A program made the position numbers and the translations under genes. DNA of 24,205 nt from a virus (taxonomy: Duplodnaviria; Caudoviricetes): positions 1 to 24,205 of IMG/VR virus record IMGVR_UViG_3300045580_000107. The stretch is one strand, 5' to 3'. The notes under the pieces are model-generated. The model had not been told where the DNA came from, ran no database searches, and saw nothing but the letters and a program-made list of their open reading frames with translations. Position 1 is the first letter of the stretch; each line of letters begins with the position of its first letter. This document shows, piece after piece, positions 1 to 7,481 of this stretch.

Positions 1-1
1 C

Positions 2-460
2 CTCAATCATCAGCACGCCTCCTTGGTTCATCAAGGGAGCGTACAACTTAACGCAGTCAATCATAGAATCAAGCGTGTGAGGACCATCGTCCAAGAGGAA
101 GTCAATGCCGTTTTTGAAATAGTCCTTGGCGTATTGCACCGCTTCGGGGGTGTAGGCCGATGCGATGTGAAGATGGGAGCGATTCCAATCAATGTGCTGG
201 TCGGCTTTTGGCTTGACTTGGTTGGCAATGTCAAAGAACAGGAACTTAGCCTTGGGTAGATACTTGCACCACATGGCCATCGACCCGCCGTGCCAAACAC
301 CTATCTCCACGAAGTTGATGGGGTCCACCCGCATCTCTTGGAGGAACCGAGCATAGGTGCTGGTGTAGTTGTGGCCGTTGGCTTTGTCCGTGCCTCCAGC
401 GTAGTCAGCACCGTTGAGGTCTAACTCGTTGAGGATGTCAATCAGTTCTTTGTCTTGCAT
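2..460 (-). CDS. Class I SAM-dependent (O-)methyltransferase, 3' partial (runs off window)
   Basis: Not in the ORF track; translated by hand from ATG 460: MQDKELIDILNELDLNGADYAGGTDKANGHNYTSTY...FVEIGVWHGGSMAMW...FLLDDGPHT...GGVLMIE. The TDK..H.Y, EIGV..GGS (motif I), DDGxH and GGxxxIE motifs fit the MycE/Methyltransf_24-like sugar O-methyltransferases. Confidence 0.85.
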   Translation of the reverse strand, partial: MQDKELIDILNELDLNGADYAGGTDKANGHNYTSTYARFLQEMRVDPINFVEIGVWHGGSMAMWCKYLPKAKFLFFDIANQVKPKADQHIDWNRSHLHIASAYTPEAVQYAKDYFKNGIDFLLDDGPHTLDSMIDCVKLYAPLMNQGGVLMIE

Positions 461-462
461 GG

Positions 463-1122
463 CTAAAAGGTGATTACGAACTTATCGGGTGCAGGCCATC
501 CCTTGCAGGAGTTGTACACGGTAATGCCTTCCCGCTTCCCAATCCAATGCTCCGCTTGCCAGCGGTGTTCCCTTACGGGTTCTCCGAGTTCCTGGATGTG
601 GGACGACTTGGCCCACCAAAAAGTCCCCGCAAAGTAGGGGTAGCCTTCGGGGTTGTTGTGGTCAGCGATTTGAGGGAACTCTTCCTTGGTCAGCCAGTAG
701 GCACCCACGCAGTCCACTTTCTCAAGTTCTGCAAGGCAGCGTTCCCATGCGACGATGTTAAAGAATATCATAGACCTGCACCAAAGTTGGTTGATGAGGG
801 ATGGGTCGGAACTGCCCTTGGTGTGAGCGTACAGGTAGGCTGCATCCTCGGTTTGCGATGCCTTGTACATCTCGGTGAGGGTCGCTTGTTCCCATGCGTT
901 TGTCCGAGTGACAACCACCTTGACCTTTGCCGCCACAAGCGAGTTGTCGAGGATTTCCTTCACCGCCTTTCGCTGCTCTGGTGGACCAACGATGCCAACC
1001 CGAATCTCGTCCAACCGTTCTATCAAGCCATAGTTGCACAGGGCCATCATGTGCTGGTGCATGATGAGTTGCCATTGGCCGCCGCCTCCGCAGTAGATGT
1101 GGTAGTAGTGGATGAGTTTCAT
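463..1122 (-). CDS. Hypothetical protein with YxHxKG and GxFWW motifs (glycosyltransferase-associated family)
   Basis: 219-aa ORF with YLYAHTKG and YFAGTFWWAKSSHI..L...R..AEHWIG, a motif set I recognise from viral glycan-modification clusters. Ends 2 nt before the methyltransferase start. Confidence 0.6.
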   Translation of the reverse strand: MKLIHYYHIYCGGGGQWQLIMHQHMMALCNYGLIERLDEIRVGIVGPPEQRKAVKEILDNSLVAAKVKVVVTRTNAWEQATLTEMYKASQTEDAAYLYAHTKGSSDPSLINQLWCRSMIFFNIVAWERCLAELEKVDCVGAYWLTKEEFPQIADHNNPEGYPYFAGTFWWAKSSHIQELGEPVREHRWQAEHWIGKREGITVYNSCKGWPAPDKFVITF

Positions 1123-1220
1123 TGGGTCAGTAGGAGGGTTAAGATGCAGCCGATAAAGACCAAGGCCAGCACGACCCGACCGATGGCGAGGGCGAGGTCA
1201 AGGATAGATTCAAGGTTCAT
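1119..1220 (-). CDS. Small membrane peptide (33 aa)
   Basis: Hand translation MNLESILDLALAIGRVVLALVFIGCILTLLLTQ*. One hydrophobic helix; ATGA overlap with the next gene; promoter-like TAACTTTA 4 nt upstream. Confidence 0.6.
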   Translation of the reverse strand: MNLESILDLALAIGRVVLALVFIGCILTLLLTQ

Positions 1221-1224
1221 GGGG

Positions 1225-1232
1225 TAAAGTTA
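1225..1232 (-). promoter_or_regulatory. Near-consensus Bacteroidota -7 box (TAACTTTA)
   Basis: One mismatch to TAnnTTTG; overlaps the terL stop codon; 4 nt before ATG 1220. Confidence 0.45.
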
Positions 1233-2408
1233 CACCACCAAGTACTTCCCCGAATTGCTCACGGCCAATTTGTTGAGGGCAACATAGCGCAAGGCATCGC
1301 AGGCGTGGTTGTACGAATCTATCGGCACTCCCGTGTCCTTCCCGTCTTTGTCGGTCGCCCAAGTGTACGAGCGGAGTTCTTTGATTAGGTTGGTGCTATC
1401 CTTGGTCACATGAAGGTTGAACCGCTTCACTATGTCAATGCCCTGCCTGACCGAATCAGGGCCTTTGGATGCGGGTTTGATGTTGAAGCCCAAGCGGTAG
1501 ATTTCCTCAATGCTCTTGGGTTCTGCTGAATCGGCGACAATCTCCCAAGCCCTTGTAATGCCGAACTCCTTCAAGCGGGTGGCGATATCGCTATTGGTCA
1601 GCCCCCGATGGTAGAGCAGTTCGTGGATGAATAGGTCGTCACCCCTGCGATAAACTGCGACCAATGCCGTAGGGTCGTTGCTGAACCCCCAGTCGAGGCC
1701 GTAGGCGACGAATTTCATCGTGGATGGGTCAATACCCTCGACAACCGTGTAATCGCCGTATATCGCACCCTGTAGCGTTCCAACCTGACCCAATCCGTAC
1801 ACCTTCCACCAGTTAGCCCAGTATGCGGATGTTTCGGCTTTGGTGCGGTTCAGTTCGATGTCATTCCGGATAGTATCGGGAAGGGCCTCGTTGTCTTGGT
1901 AGGTCAGGATGAGGAACTCTGCATCCGTTTCGGGTAGGACTTCCGTGTGCGCCCAGAACTCATGCGTGGGGTTGAAGTCGATGTATATCTCCTGCGAGGT
2001 ACGGATGGCCAACTGGTAGTACGAATCGAAGTCGATGTTGTTCGCTTCGTTGATGTAGAGGATTTGCCTCCTTGCCCCTCGGAGCCTTGCCTCCGAATCA
2101 GCCGAAAAGAACTCAATCGTTGAACCGTTGGCGAAGTTGTATTGCAGCAGGGTCTTGTTCCAGCGGTCGGGAACCCAACGATGGGTCCATTGCATAATCT
2201 TGGCGAAGTCCTTAATCGCTCCCCGCCGTAGGTGAGGGACGGATTCGGACACGACCGATATTTCCGACTTAGGAAACCGAGCGGCGTGGTCTATCAGCAC
2301 CGCAAGGATGCCGAAGGTTTTGCTCGCACTTGTCCCGCCTTGGATGACTTTCTTCCGAGCGGTCATCGCCCGAATCTTCTTGATTGCGGTGGTGTACTGG
2401 AACATCAT
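1230..2408 (-). CDS. terL: Terminase large subunit (PBSX/terminase_3 type)
   Basis: Walker A-like QGGTSASKT, Walker B LYINEA, RLRGARR, DFNP, nuclease motifs YGLDWGFSNDP, ADSAEPKSI and NHACDALRY. Start trimmed to ATG 2408/2405 because the longer ORF overlaps a tRNA-like RNA. Confidence 0.95.
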   Translation of the reverse strand: MMFQYTTAIKKIRAMTARKKVIQGGTSASKTFGILAVLIDHAARFPKSEISVVSESVPHLRRGAIKDFAKIMQWTHRWVPDRWNKTLLQYNFANGSTIEFFSADSEARLRGARRQILYINEANNIDFDSYYQLAIRTSQEIYIDFNPTHEFWAHTEVLPETDAEFLILTYQDNEALPDTIRNDIELNRTKAETSAYWANWWKVYGLGQVGTLQGAIYGDYTVVEGIDPSTMKFVAYGLDWGFSNDPTALVAVYRRGDDLFIHELLYHRGLTNSDIATRLKEFGITRAWEIVADSAEPKSIEEIYRLGFNIKPASKGPDSVRQGIDIVKRFNLHVTKDSTNLIKELRSYTWATDKDGKDTGVPIDSYNHACDALRYVALNKLAVSNSGKYLVV

Positions 2409-2429
2409 TTTGTTGGCGTCAACGAAATG
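2406..2429. repeat. 24-bp imperfect palindrome covering the terL start codon
   Basis: CATTTTGTTG-GCGT-CAACGAAATG; arms match 9/10. Confidence 0.7.
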
Positions 2430-2435
2430 GTTTTG

Positions 2436-2503
2436 CGGCCATGGCAGGATTTGAACCTGCAATCATACAAGGTGTTGTATGGGTGGCCTCCCACCACATA
2501 GCC
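2436..2503 (-). ncRNA. Minimal tRNA-like RNA (non-canonical; no standard anticodon loop)
   Basis: Acceptor GGCTATG/CATGGCC; D-like arm GTGG-GAGG-CCAC; arm CATACAA-CACC-TTGTATG (4-nt loop); canonical T arm GCAGG-TTCAAAT-CCTGC; no encoded CCA. Confidence 0.65.
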
Positions 2504-2506
2504 GTG

Positions 2507-2616
2507 TAGTCAGGACAGGAATCGAACCTGTATGTTTACTCGTTTAGGCAATCAGACGAACAACTCTGGACCACTTAACTTTCAACGGTCTGCGTCTACC
2601 ATTCCGCCACCTGACT
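2507..2616 (-). ncRNA. Expanded tRNA-like RNA (Leu-type D arm, aberrant anticodon and variable region)
   Basis: Acceptor AGTCAGG/CCTGACT; D arm TGGCGGAATGGTAGACGC; T arm ACAGG-TTCGATT-CCTGT. The middle holds an elongated GACCG...TGGTC hairpin and a second long hairpin instead of a 5-bp stem/7-nt loop anticodon arm. 110 nt. Confidence 0.75.
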
Positions 2617-2620
2617 GATG

Positions 2621-2628
2621 CAAAGGTA
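2621..2628 (-). promoter_or_regulatory. Bacteroidota -7 promoter box TACCTTTG driving the tRNA-like RNAs
   Basis: Exact TAnnTTTG 4 nt upstream of the RNA 5' end; overlaps a GC-rich hairpin (2626-2650) after the terS stop. Confidence 0.7.
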
Positions 2629-2652
2629 CGGGCCTTTCGTAAACCCGCACCA

Positions 2653-3057
2653 CTACTCCCCAAAAAGCGGCTGCTCGATGGTGATACTCGTTTCCTGCTT
2701 TTCCACCAAGCCGTTCAACCGCTGGGTGATGGAGGGGTTGTAGAACGAGAGCAGGCCCCCGATGATTTGGTCTTCTCGGATTTCTTCCCGAATCGCACGG
2801 CAGATAACCACGAAGTCCTCGTAGTAACCGTCCTTGTTGTCAAAGTACTGCTGAGCATCCCCGTAATTATTGCGACAAAACCGCTTGAACCCTTCCAAGG
2901 TTAGCGGCACTTTTGCGGGGTCTTCCTTCTTTAACCCATCCTTCCCGACATACTGCACCCGCTTCCATTGTTCGCCTTGGACCTTCACATCCTCCTTGAA
3001 GGCGGCCCATGCTTTTTCAAGGTCTTCGGGGGTCTTGAATATCCTCGTTGGGTGCAT
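2653..3057 (-). CDS. terS: Terminase small subunit (DNA-packaging gp3-like)
   Basis: 134 aa with F.TPE.L, PLTLEGF..F, I.EEIREDQIIGG...YN.SITQRLNGLVEK; directly upstream of terL. Confidence 0.85.
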   Translation of the reverse strand: MHPTRIFKTPEDLEKAWAAFKEDVKVQGEQWKRVQYVGKDGLKKEDPAKVPLTLEGFKRFCRNNYGDAQQYFDNKDGYYEDFVVICRAIREEIREDQIIGGLLSFYNPSITQRLNGLVEKQETSITIEQPLFGE

Positions 3058-3263
3058 CAGTATTCTATTTTGTCTATGAGCGAATCAATCTTGTCCACGA
3101 TTTTCATCTTCACCGCAAAGGCGTTCGGGGAGTTGGATTCCTCCACCGCCCCAATGCAGTCGCAGAGGGTCGTGATGACCATCATCAGCGAATCCATGCG
3201 GGCTTGGACTTGTTCCTCCTCGTTAGGCGCTTTAGGTAGTGAAGGCATGGGTATGGTTGGCAT
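3057..3263 (-). CDS. Hypothetical protein
   Basis: 68-aa ORF with TGATG coupling to terS. Confidence 0.65.
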   Translation of the reverse strand: MPTIPMPSLPKAPNEEEQVQARMDSLMMVITTLCDCIGAVEESNSPNAFAVKMKIVDKIDSLIDKIEY

Positions 3264-3274
3264 TGCTCTAAGGT

Positions 3275-3616
3275 TTAGTCGAGTTCGCCAAGTTCCCGTA
3301 GTTTATTCCTGCTCCACCCAAGTGCCGCTTTGCCACCCCATAGGAGATAGGAGATGTAGCCGCAGTCGCTGGAACTGTCAGCGTTGTCGTAGTAGGTTTC
3401 CGCCCGATTAAGGTAGGAGTGCATCCGTTTAACCGTTTCAAGGGAAATCCCCTCACCGCTTGCGAGTTGCTGCGCCCTGACCTTGCCCGTCTGCGTGGCG
3501 CACTTGTTCCCGTTCCTCTCGTTAAGTTCAATCCCCCGCTTGGCGTTGTTGCGTACACCTTCGCCATAGTCGGCGTAAGATTCAAACTGGTCACGGGTTG
3601 GGGTTGTTGAGGGCAT
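3275..3616 (-). CDS. Conserved phage head-associated domain, stand-alone
   Basis: Y...VRNNAKRG...CAT..GK.RAQQLA....S.ET.KRM.SYL.RA...G.ISYLLWGG...WS pattern, recalled as a domain of phage head-morphogenesis proteins; function unknown. Confidence 0.7.
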   Translation of the reverse strand: MPSTTPTRDQFESYADYGEGVRNNAKRGIELNERNGNKCATQTGKVRAQQLASGEGISLETVKRMHSYLNRAETYYDNADSSSDCGYISYLLWGGKAALGWSRNKLRELGELD

Positions 3617-3851
3617 GGCTGACTTGGTGCTGGTTGGTTTCGGCGAACTGGTCCGCCTCTTGGTAAATGTAGGATAGGGCCGATTTTACGCAGTCAGCGC
3701 ACCACCAATTCGTGTTGGGCCGTTCGTGGGCGACGAGGATGGTCTGCAAGTCATGGACCGCTTCGGGGGTCAGCCGCATGAACAGGGCGGCCTGATACTG
3801 GTCCCAATAATGGCGGTGTTTTTCGGCAAGGAGGTATTCCGCTTGTGTCAT
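3591..3851 (-). CDS. Hypothetical protein (CxxC)
   Basis: 86 aa with WWCADCV; ATGA-coupled to the methyltransferase stop. Confidence 0.7.
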   Translation of the reverse strand: MTQAEYLLAEKHRHYWDQYQAALFMRLTPEAVHDLQTILVAHERPNTNWWCADCVKSALSYIYQEADQFAETNQHQVSHALNNPNP

Positions 3852-5141
3852 AGGAGGGTCAGTTGCTTGGGTTGCTTCTGCACTTGTTTAGAGCGTTCCT
3901 GAATGCGTTTCTCGGATATAGCGATGTACTCCGCCTCCCGTTCAATCCCGATGTATTGGAATCCCTCCAAGACCGCAGCGCATCCCGTGGACCCTGACCC
4001 GTTGAATGGGTCAAGGACGATTCCGTTGGGCGGGGTTACAAGGCGGCACAGGTAGCGCATGAGGTCGGTAGGCTTGACGGTGGGGTGGAAATTAGTTCTT
4101 TCTTGAACGCCTCGGTTCCTTGGGTTATCCCCACCAGGGTTGCCCTGTTTGCGGCTTTCATCCATTTGCTTGGAATGCGATCCGTCAAGCCCCGCATCCC
4201 TATCCGCTTTGCTCGCCTTGGCGCAGTAGAAGAAGCGGGCCGAATCTTTGAGCAGGTCGGTGGCTTCCTCGCTTCCATCGTGGATGAAGTTGGCGGGCCA
4301 GCGGCCACCTTCCACCCTTCCCCCATCCACATTAATCGCCCCCGTCCCGTAATGCAGGACATTCTCGGCAACCGTTCCGACCAGCGGCTTTCGGGCCACG
4401 GTTATCGGCTCCAAGGCAGGCTTGAGAGCAGTCCCCCAGCCTTCCCATTGCTTTGCGGCATCGGTGGCGGGGGCGGTGATGTTTCCACCAGCCTGACCGA
4501 GACGCTCTCCACCAAGCCCTCCCATGTCCGTTTTGTGCTTCCCCACCACCTCCCGCTCGGCAAAATTCTTACTTTCAACGCTGCGAATGTCTGCCTCTTG
4601 CTCAACCCATGCAGGAACTTCGCCAAGCAAATGGCGACACGCCTCCAAGTGTTCACGGGTCATAATAGCGGGCTGACTTGCTGCGGTCGTATAGTGTCCA
4701 CGCATATTTGGTTGCAGTCGCTTCATCAATCTGCTTGGAAGTTACCCTCGTAGAACGAACCCACTCCGTGAACCTATATCGCCTCGCTTGTTGTTCTTCT
4801 GCTGCGTCCATCTTATCAATCGCCTTGCTCACATCCAACGACTTCGGAAACCCCGACCCGTACACCCACGCAATCATATCCCGAATCTCAAAGCCTGCAT
4901 CCTCAATCCTTATAGCCATGCGGTGCTGCGTCCTCGTCCCCGCAAAGGCCAGCAGATGACCCCCAGGCTTCAAGACCCGAAGGCACTCCACCCATACATC
5001 AACGCTTGGCACATCGTAGTCCCACTTCTTGCCCATGAAGGACAACCCATAGGGCGGGTCGGTAACGATTGAATCCACGCTGCAATCGGGCATGGACCGC
5101 AACACTTCAAGGCAATCGCCGTGGTGCAGTTGGTAGGTCAT
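3848..5141 (-). pseudogene. Beta-class N6/N4 DNA methyltransferase split by a 1-nt frameshift near 4707-4709
   Basis: N-terminal frame from ATG 5141: GDCLEVL...VTDPPYG...GFPKS. C-terminal frame: WGTALKPA.EPI..ARKP, RFFYCAKAS, HPTVKP..LMRYL, LDPFNGSGSTG. Removing one A from ACC-AAA-TAT joins them. Could be an assembly error. Confidence 0.8.
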
Positions 5142-5389
5142 CGGTTGGTGAGTTGCAGGATGACAACCGTAAGCCCCGCCGAGGCGAGGCCGTACACGGG
5201 AGCGAGAACCCATCCGCAAGTGGGCAAGGTCAGGGCCACCGCCACCCAAAAGGTGAGGCAGGTGACGCAACTGAACGGCTTGTGCCTTCCCAGCCAAGTC
5301 GTGTACCACCATTGGGGGAGGACATGGTACTCGGCAATGGCGAGGGCGGTCAGCGAACTAATCAGCAGGGGAAATATCAGCGTGTCCAT
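5138..5389 (-). CDS. Membrane protein with KPFSCxxC..FW motif (DUF1360-like)
   Basis: 83 aa, 2-3 hydrophobic segments, KPFSCVTCLTFW. Confidence 0.7.
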   Translation of the reverse strand: MDTLIFPLLISSLTALAIAEYHVLPQWWYTTWLGRHKPFSCVTCLTFWVAVALTLPTCGWVLAPVYGLASAGLTVVILQLTNR

Positions 5390-5909
5390 GGGCTTGAATG
5401 GCGGCCTTGATTTTGGCCTTGGCTTGGTCTATTGAGTAAATGATGGAGCGGTACGGTATGCCCGTGTCCCTTGAGAGTTTCTTCATGTTCCCCGTCCGAA
5501 GGTGCAGTTTCAGCAGTTCCTTGTCGTAAGGGAACGCCCCGTCCTTGGCCCAAGTGTCCATCTCTGCCTCGGCGATGGCCCAAAGGTCGTCCATCAAGGA
5601 ATCGTACTCGGCCTGCGATATGGGGGCATCGGGGTTCAGTTCTTCCAGCAAGTCGTGGTGACGGTACTTTTGGGCGAACTGGTTGTTTTTTCCTCGGTAG
5701 AGGTTCAGCAGGAGGCGGACCACATAGAACTTGAAATACCCCTGCGACTGAATTTGCAGGATTTTGGCGGGGTCTTTCTCCAGCAGGATGAGGACGCATT
5801 CCTGTTCCAAGTCCCTCCAAAGCGGGTCGCCCCCTGTGATGGTCAGGCACGCTTTTCGGATTTCGCCCGTGCGGTAGAGGTCGAGGATTACGGTTTCTGC
5901 GGATGCCAT
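5358..5909 (-). CDS. Phage sigma-70/ECF-like RNA polymerase sigma factor
   Basis: Region-2-like DLEQECVLILL...YFKFYVVRLLLN and C-terminal region-4 HTH MKKLSRDTGIPYRSIIYSIDQAKAKIK. Start set at ATG 5909, after the terminator. Confidence 0.7.
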   Translation of the reverse strand: MASAETVILDLYRTGEIRKACLTITGGDPLWRDLEQECVLILLEKDPAKILQIQSQGYFKFYVVRLLLNLYRGKNNQFAQKYRHHDLLEELNPDAPISQAEYDSLMDDLWAIAEAEMDTWAKDGAFPYDKELLKLHLRTGNMKKLSRDTGIPYRSIIYSIDQAKAKIKAAIQAHGHADISPAD

Positions 5910-5922
5910 GCACAAAGATTGC

Positions 5923-5953
5923 AAAAAAAAAGGGTCAGCGGTTAGGCCGACCC
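5923..5953 (-). terminator. Intrinsic terminator ending the replication operon
   Basis: GGGTCGGC-CTAACC-GCTGACCC followed by T9; immediately followed by promoter-like AATCTTTG (5913-5920). Confidence 0.9.
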
Positions 5954-5977
5954 CTTGGGCGTGATAGCGGTTTCGGG

Positions 5978-6328
5978 CTATTCTTGCTTCGGAAGTTGCA
6001 GAGTGTCAGTGATATAAGCCCCTTCTGCCGTCTGCAAATACTCTTGGGCGTTGTTGAAAACTTGCCTCCGTAGGTATCGCAGTTGAGGCTTCGCTTTGCA
6101 ATCGTTGTGGAAGGATTCCAAGTTGATGATAATCGTGGAGTAGTGGCGGTTCAACTCCTTGCCGATAGCCATGAAGGTGAATAGGTATTCGTTGTAGGCG
6201 ATGTCGGCCACGATGTTCCGAGCGATTACGCATGGGCGTTCCCGTGACGGAGACCGCACCTGGTCGGGGGTTATGCCGAATATGGCGGCGGTGGTGTCAA
6301 CGAGGTGGTGGATGAGGGCTGGGGTCAT
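5978..6328 (-). CDS. DnaA C-terminal-like HTH protein
   Basis: FGITPDQVRSPSRERPCVIARNI...IGKELNRHYSTII matches the Bac_DnaA_C pattern; start ATG 6328 follows a C/A-rich leader. Confidence 0.75.
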   Translation of the reverse strand: MTPALIHHLVDTTAAIFGITPDQVRSPSRERPCVIARNIVADIAYNEYLFTFMAIGKELNRHYSTIIINLESFHNDCKAKPQLRYLRRQVFNNAQEYLQTAEGAYITDTLQLPKQE

Positions 6329-6341
6329 GGGTTGGGGGGTT

Positions 6342-6584
6342 TTACAAAGACTGCAATTCGGATTTGACCTCACTCCAAAAAAGTTTTTCATTAAAACTAT
6401 ATGCACGACTTCCAATCATTCGTGTTAAAATTTCTTCAACTGCAATCAAAGAATATTTCTTTGCAACAGCGACCATATTGCCACACCTATCAACACATTG
6501 CATGCACCCTTCACAATCTGACGGAAATCGTAGTTCAGAAAAGTATTTATTAAATAAATCGTTTGCTTTTTCTTTTGGTGTCAT
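6342..6584 (-). CDS. Hypothetical protein (AT-rich; MTPKEKA... type)
   Basis: 80 aa with MTPKEKA.DL..KY...AK..LIAVEEI...FW.EVK.EL and a Cys-rich insert. Confidence 0.75.
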   Translation of the reverse strand: MTPKEKANDLFNKYFSELRFPSDCEGCMQCVDRCGNMVAVAKKYSLIAVEEILTRMIGSRAYSFNEKLFWSEVKSELQSL

Positions 6585-6587
6585 GGC

Positions 6588-6782
6588 TTAAACAATTTCG
6601 GGAATGGGCATCCAGTAGGCGACTTCACGGGTGAACCAAGAATAATTCTCGGAGTGCCATTTATCGTCATGCCACTTATTGCCGCCATGAAACCAAGCAA
6701 CGACTTGCAGTCCTTCGTTGTCAGTAATCAGCACGGGTTTGCCATCTTCGGGCATTTGGTCTTGGGGTCTTATCCAGGGCAT
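6588..6782 (-). CDS. DUF551-like protein
   Basis: MPWI...DQMPEDGKPVL...V.YWMPIPE; start trimmed to ATG 6782. Confidence 0.75.
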   Translation of the reverse strand: MPWIRPQDQMPEDGKPVLITDNEGLQVVAWFHGGNKWHDDKWHSENYSWFTREVAYWMPIPEIV

Positions 6783-6784
6783 GG

Positions 6785-6937
6785 TCAGGCGTTTTTGGCT
6801 TGGAGGATGCGACCGAGCAGGGTCCAGTTGACGGACCAAGCCTTGATGGTTTCGGAGCGGTCGGGGCGGGAGCAGTTCACGCACTCCTTGCGGATGTGGA
6901 TTTGCCAGCGGCGGAAATCGGTGGGGGTTGGTTTCAT
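6785..6937 (-). CDS. Hypothetical protein (50 aa)
   Basis: Hand translation MKPTPTDFRRWQIHIRKECVNCSRPDRSETIKAWSVNWTLLGRILQAKNA*; fills the gap exactly and has an ACCACTAACC-ATG start context. Confidence 0.65.
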   Translation of the reverse strand: MKPTPTDFRRWQIHIRKECVNCSRPDRSETIKAWSVNWTLLGRILQAKNA

Positions 6938-6939
6938 GG

Positions 6940-7131
6940 TTAGTGGTTTATGGTTTGGAAAAGTTGGTATTTATCGCAAGAATCGGTCTTGATTTTTATC
7001 TGCGGCCCGAATCCGTTGGACCTGCTCAACACATACTCGCAGGCATCCCCCTTGGGCCTCACCTCGATAACCGTCCACGGGCGGTCGTTGGTGCAGGAGG
7101 TCAAGAGGAACAGGAGCAGTATGCGGCGCAT
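6940..7131 (-). CDS. Small putative lipoprotein
   Basis: MRRILLLFLLTSC: basic N-terminus, hydrophobic core and lipobox Cys; own -7 box 4 nt upstream. Confidence 0.7.
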   Translation of the reverse strand: MRRILLLFLLTSCTNDRPWTVIEVRPKGDACEYVLSRSNGFGPQIKIKTDSCDKYQLFQTINH

Positions 7132-7135
7132 GGTC

Positions 7136-7143
7136 CAAAGATA
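7136..7143 (-). promoter_or_regulatory. Bacteroidota -7 box TATCTTTG
   Basis: Exact TAnnTTTG, 4 nt before ATG 7131. Confidence 0.65.
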
Positions 7144-7151
7144 TACACAAC

Positions 7152-7481
7152 CTACCCACATTCAGCCAACACCCTTTGGAAATCTTCCAAAGAGCGGATG
7201 ACCTCGTACCTGTACCCCGCCTCTTGAACGACCTCCTGCCACCATTTCTGCGATAGGGACTGCTTGCCCTTGGGGGTTTTAAATTCAAGGAACACCGCAC
7301 CCTTTGGGGATAGGTAGGTCATGTCAGCCACCCCAGCGGTCAGCCCGATTCCCTTTAGGAAAAAACCGTTGGAACGGGAGCGGGGGTTGTTGAGGTTCAA
7401 GAATAGCAAGCCCTGCTCGTTGGGTCGCATAAGGGCAAACAACTTGACGCAGGCGGCTTGAAGGTTGTATTCTTCCATCAT
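7152..7481 (-). CDS. VRR-NUC domain nuclease (putative Holliday junction resolvase)
   Basis: E..LQ...V, G..AGVADM, FLEFKTPKGKQSLSQK.W....G..YEVIRS; ATGA-coupled to dnaB. Confidence 0.85.
   Translation of the reverse strand: MMEEYNLQAACVKLFALMRPNEQGLLFLNLNNPRSRSNGFFLKGIGLTAGVADMTYLSPKGAVFLEFKTPKGKQSLSQKWWQEVVQEAGYRYEVIRSLEDFQRVLAECG

Noticed and set aside
2409-2462. Extended N-termini in the ORF track (terL 2462, methyltransferase 5312, sigma 5924, glycosyltransferase 22456, holin 15251 and others)
   Set aside because: They overlap RNAs, terminators or upstream genes; downstream ATGs show coupling or promoter context.
2436-2616. Calling these canonical tRNAs (for example tRNA-Leu) or a tmRNA
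   Set aside because: Neither has a 7-nt anticodon loop on a 5-bp stem; too short for tmRNA and lacking its alanine acceptor identity.
6652-6680. KWH-DD-KWH micro-duplication in the DUF551-like gene
   Set aside because: Short in-frame duplication with no evidence of significance.
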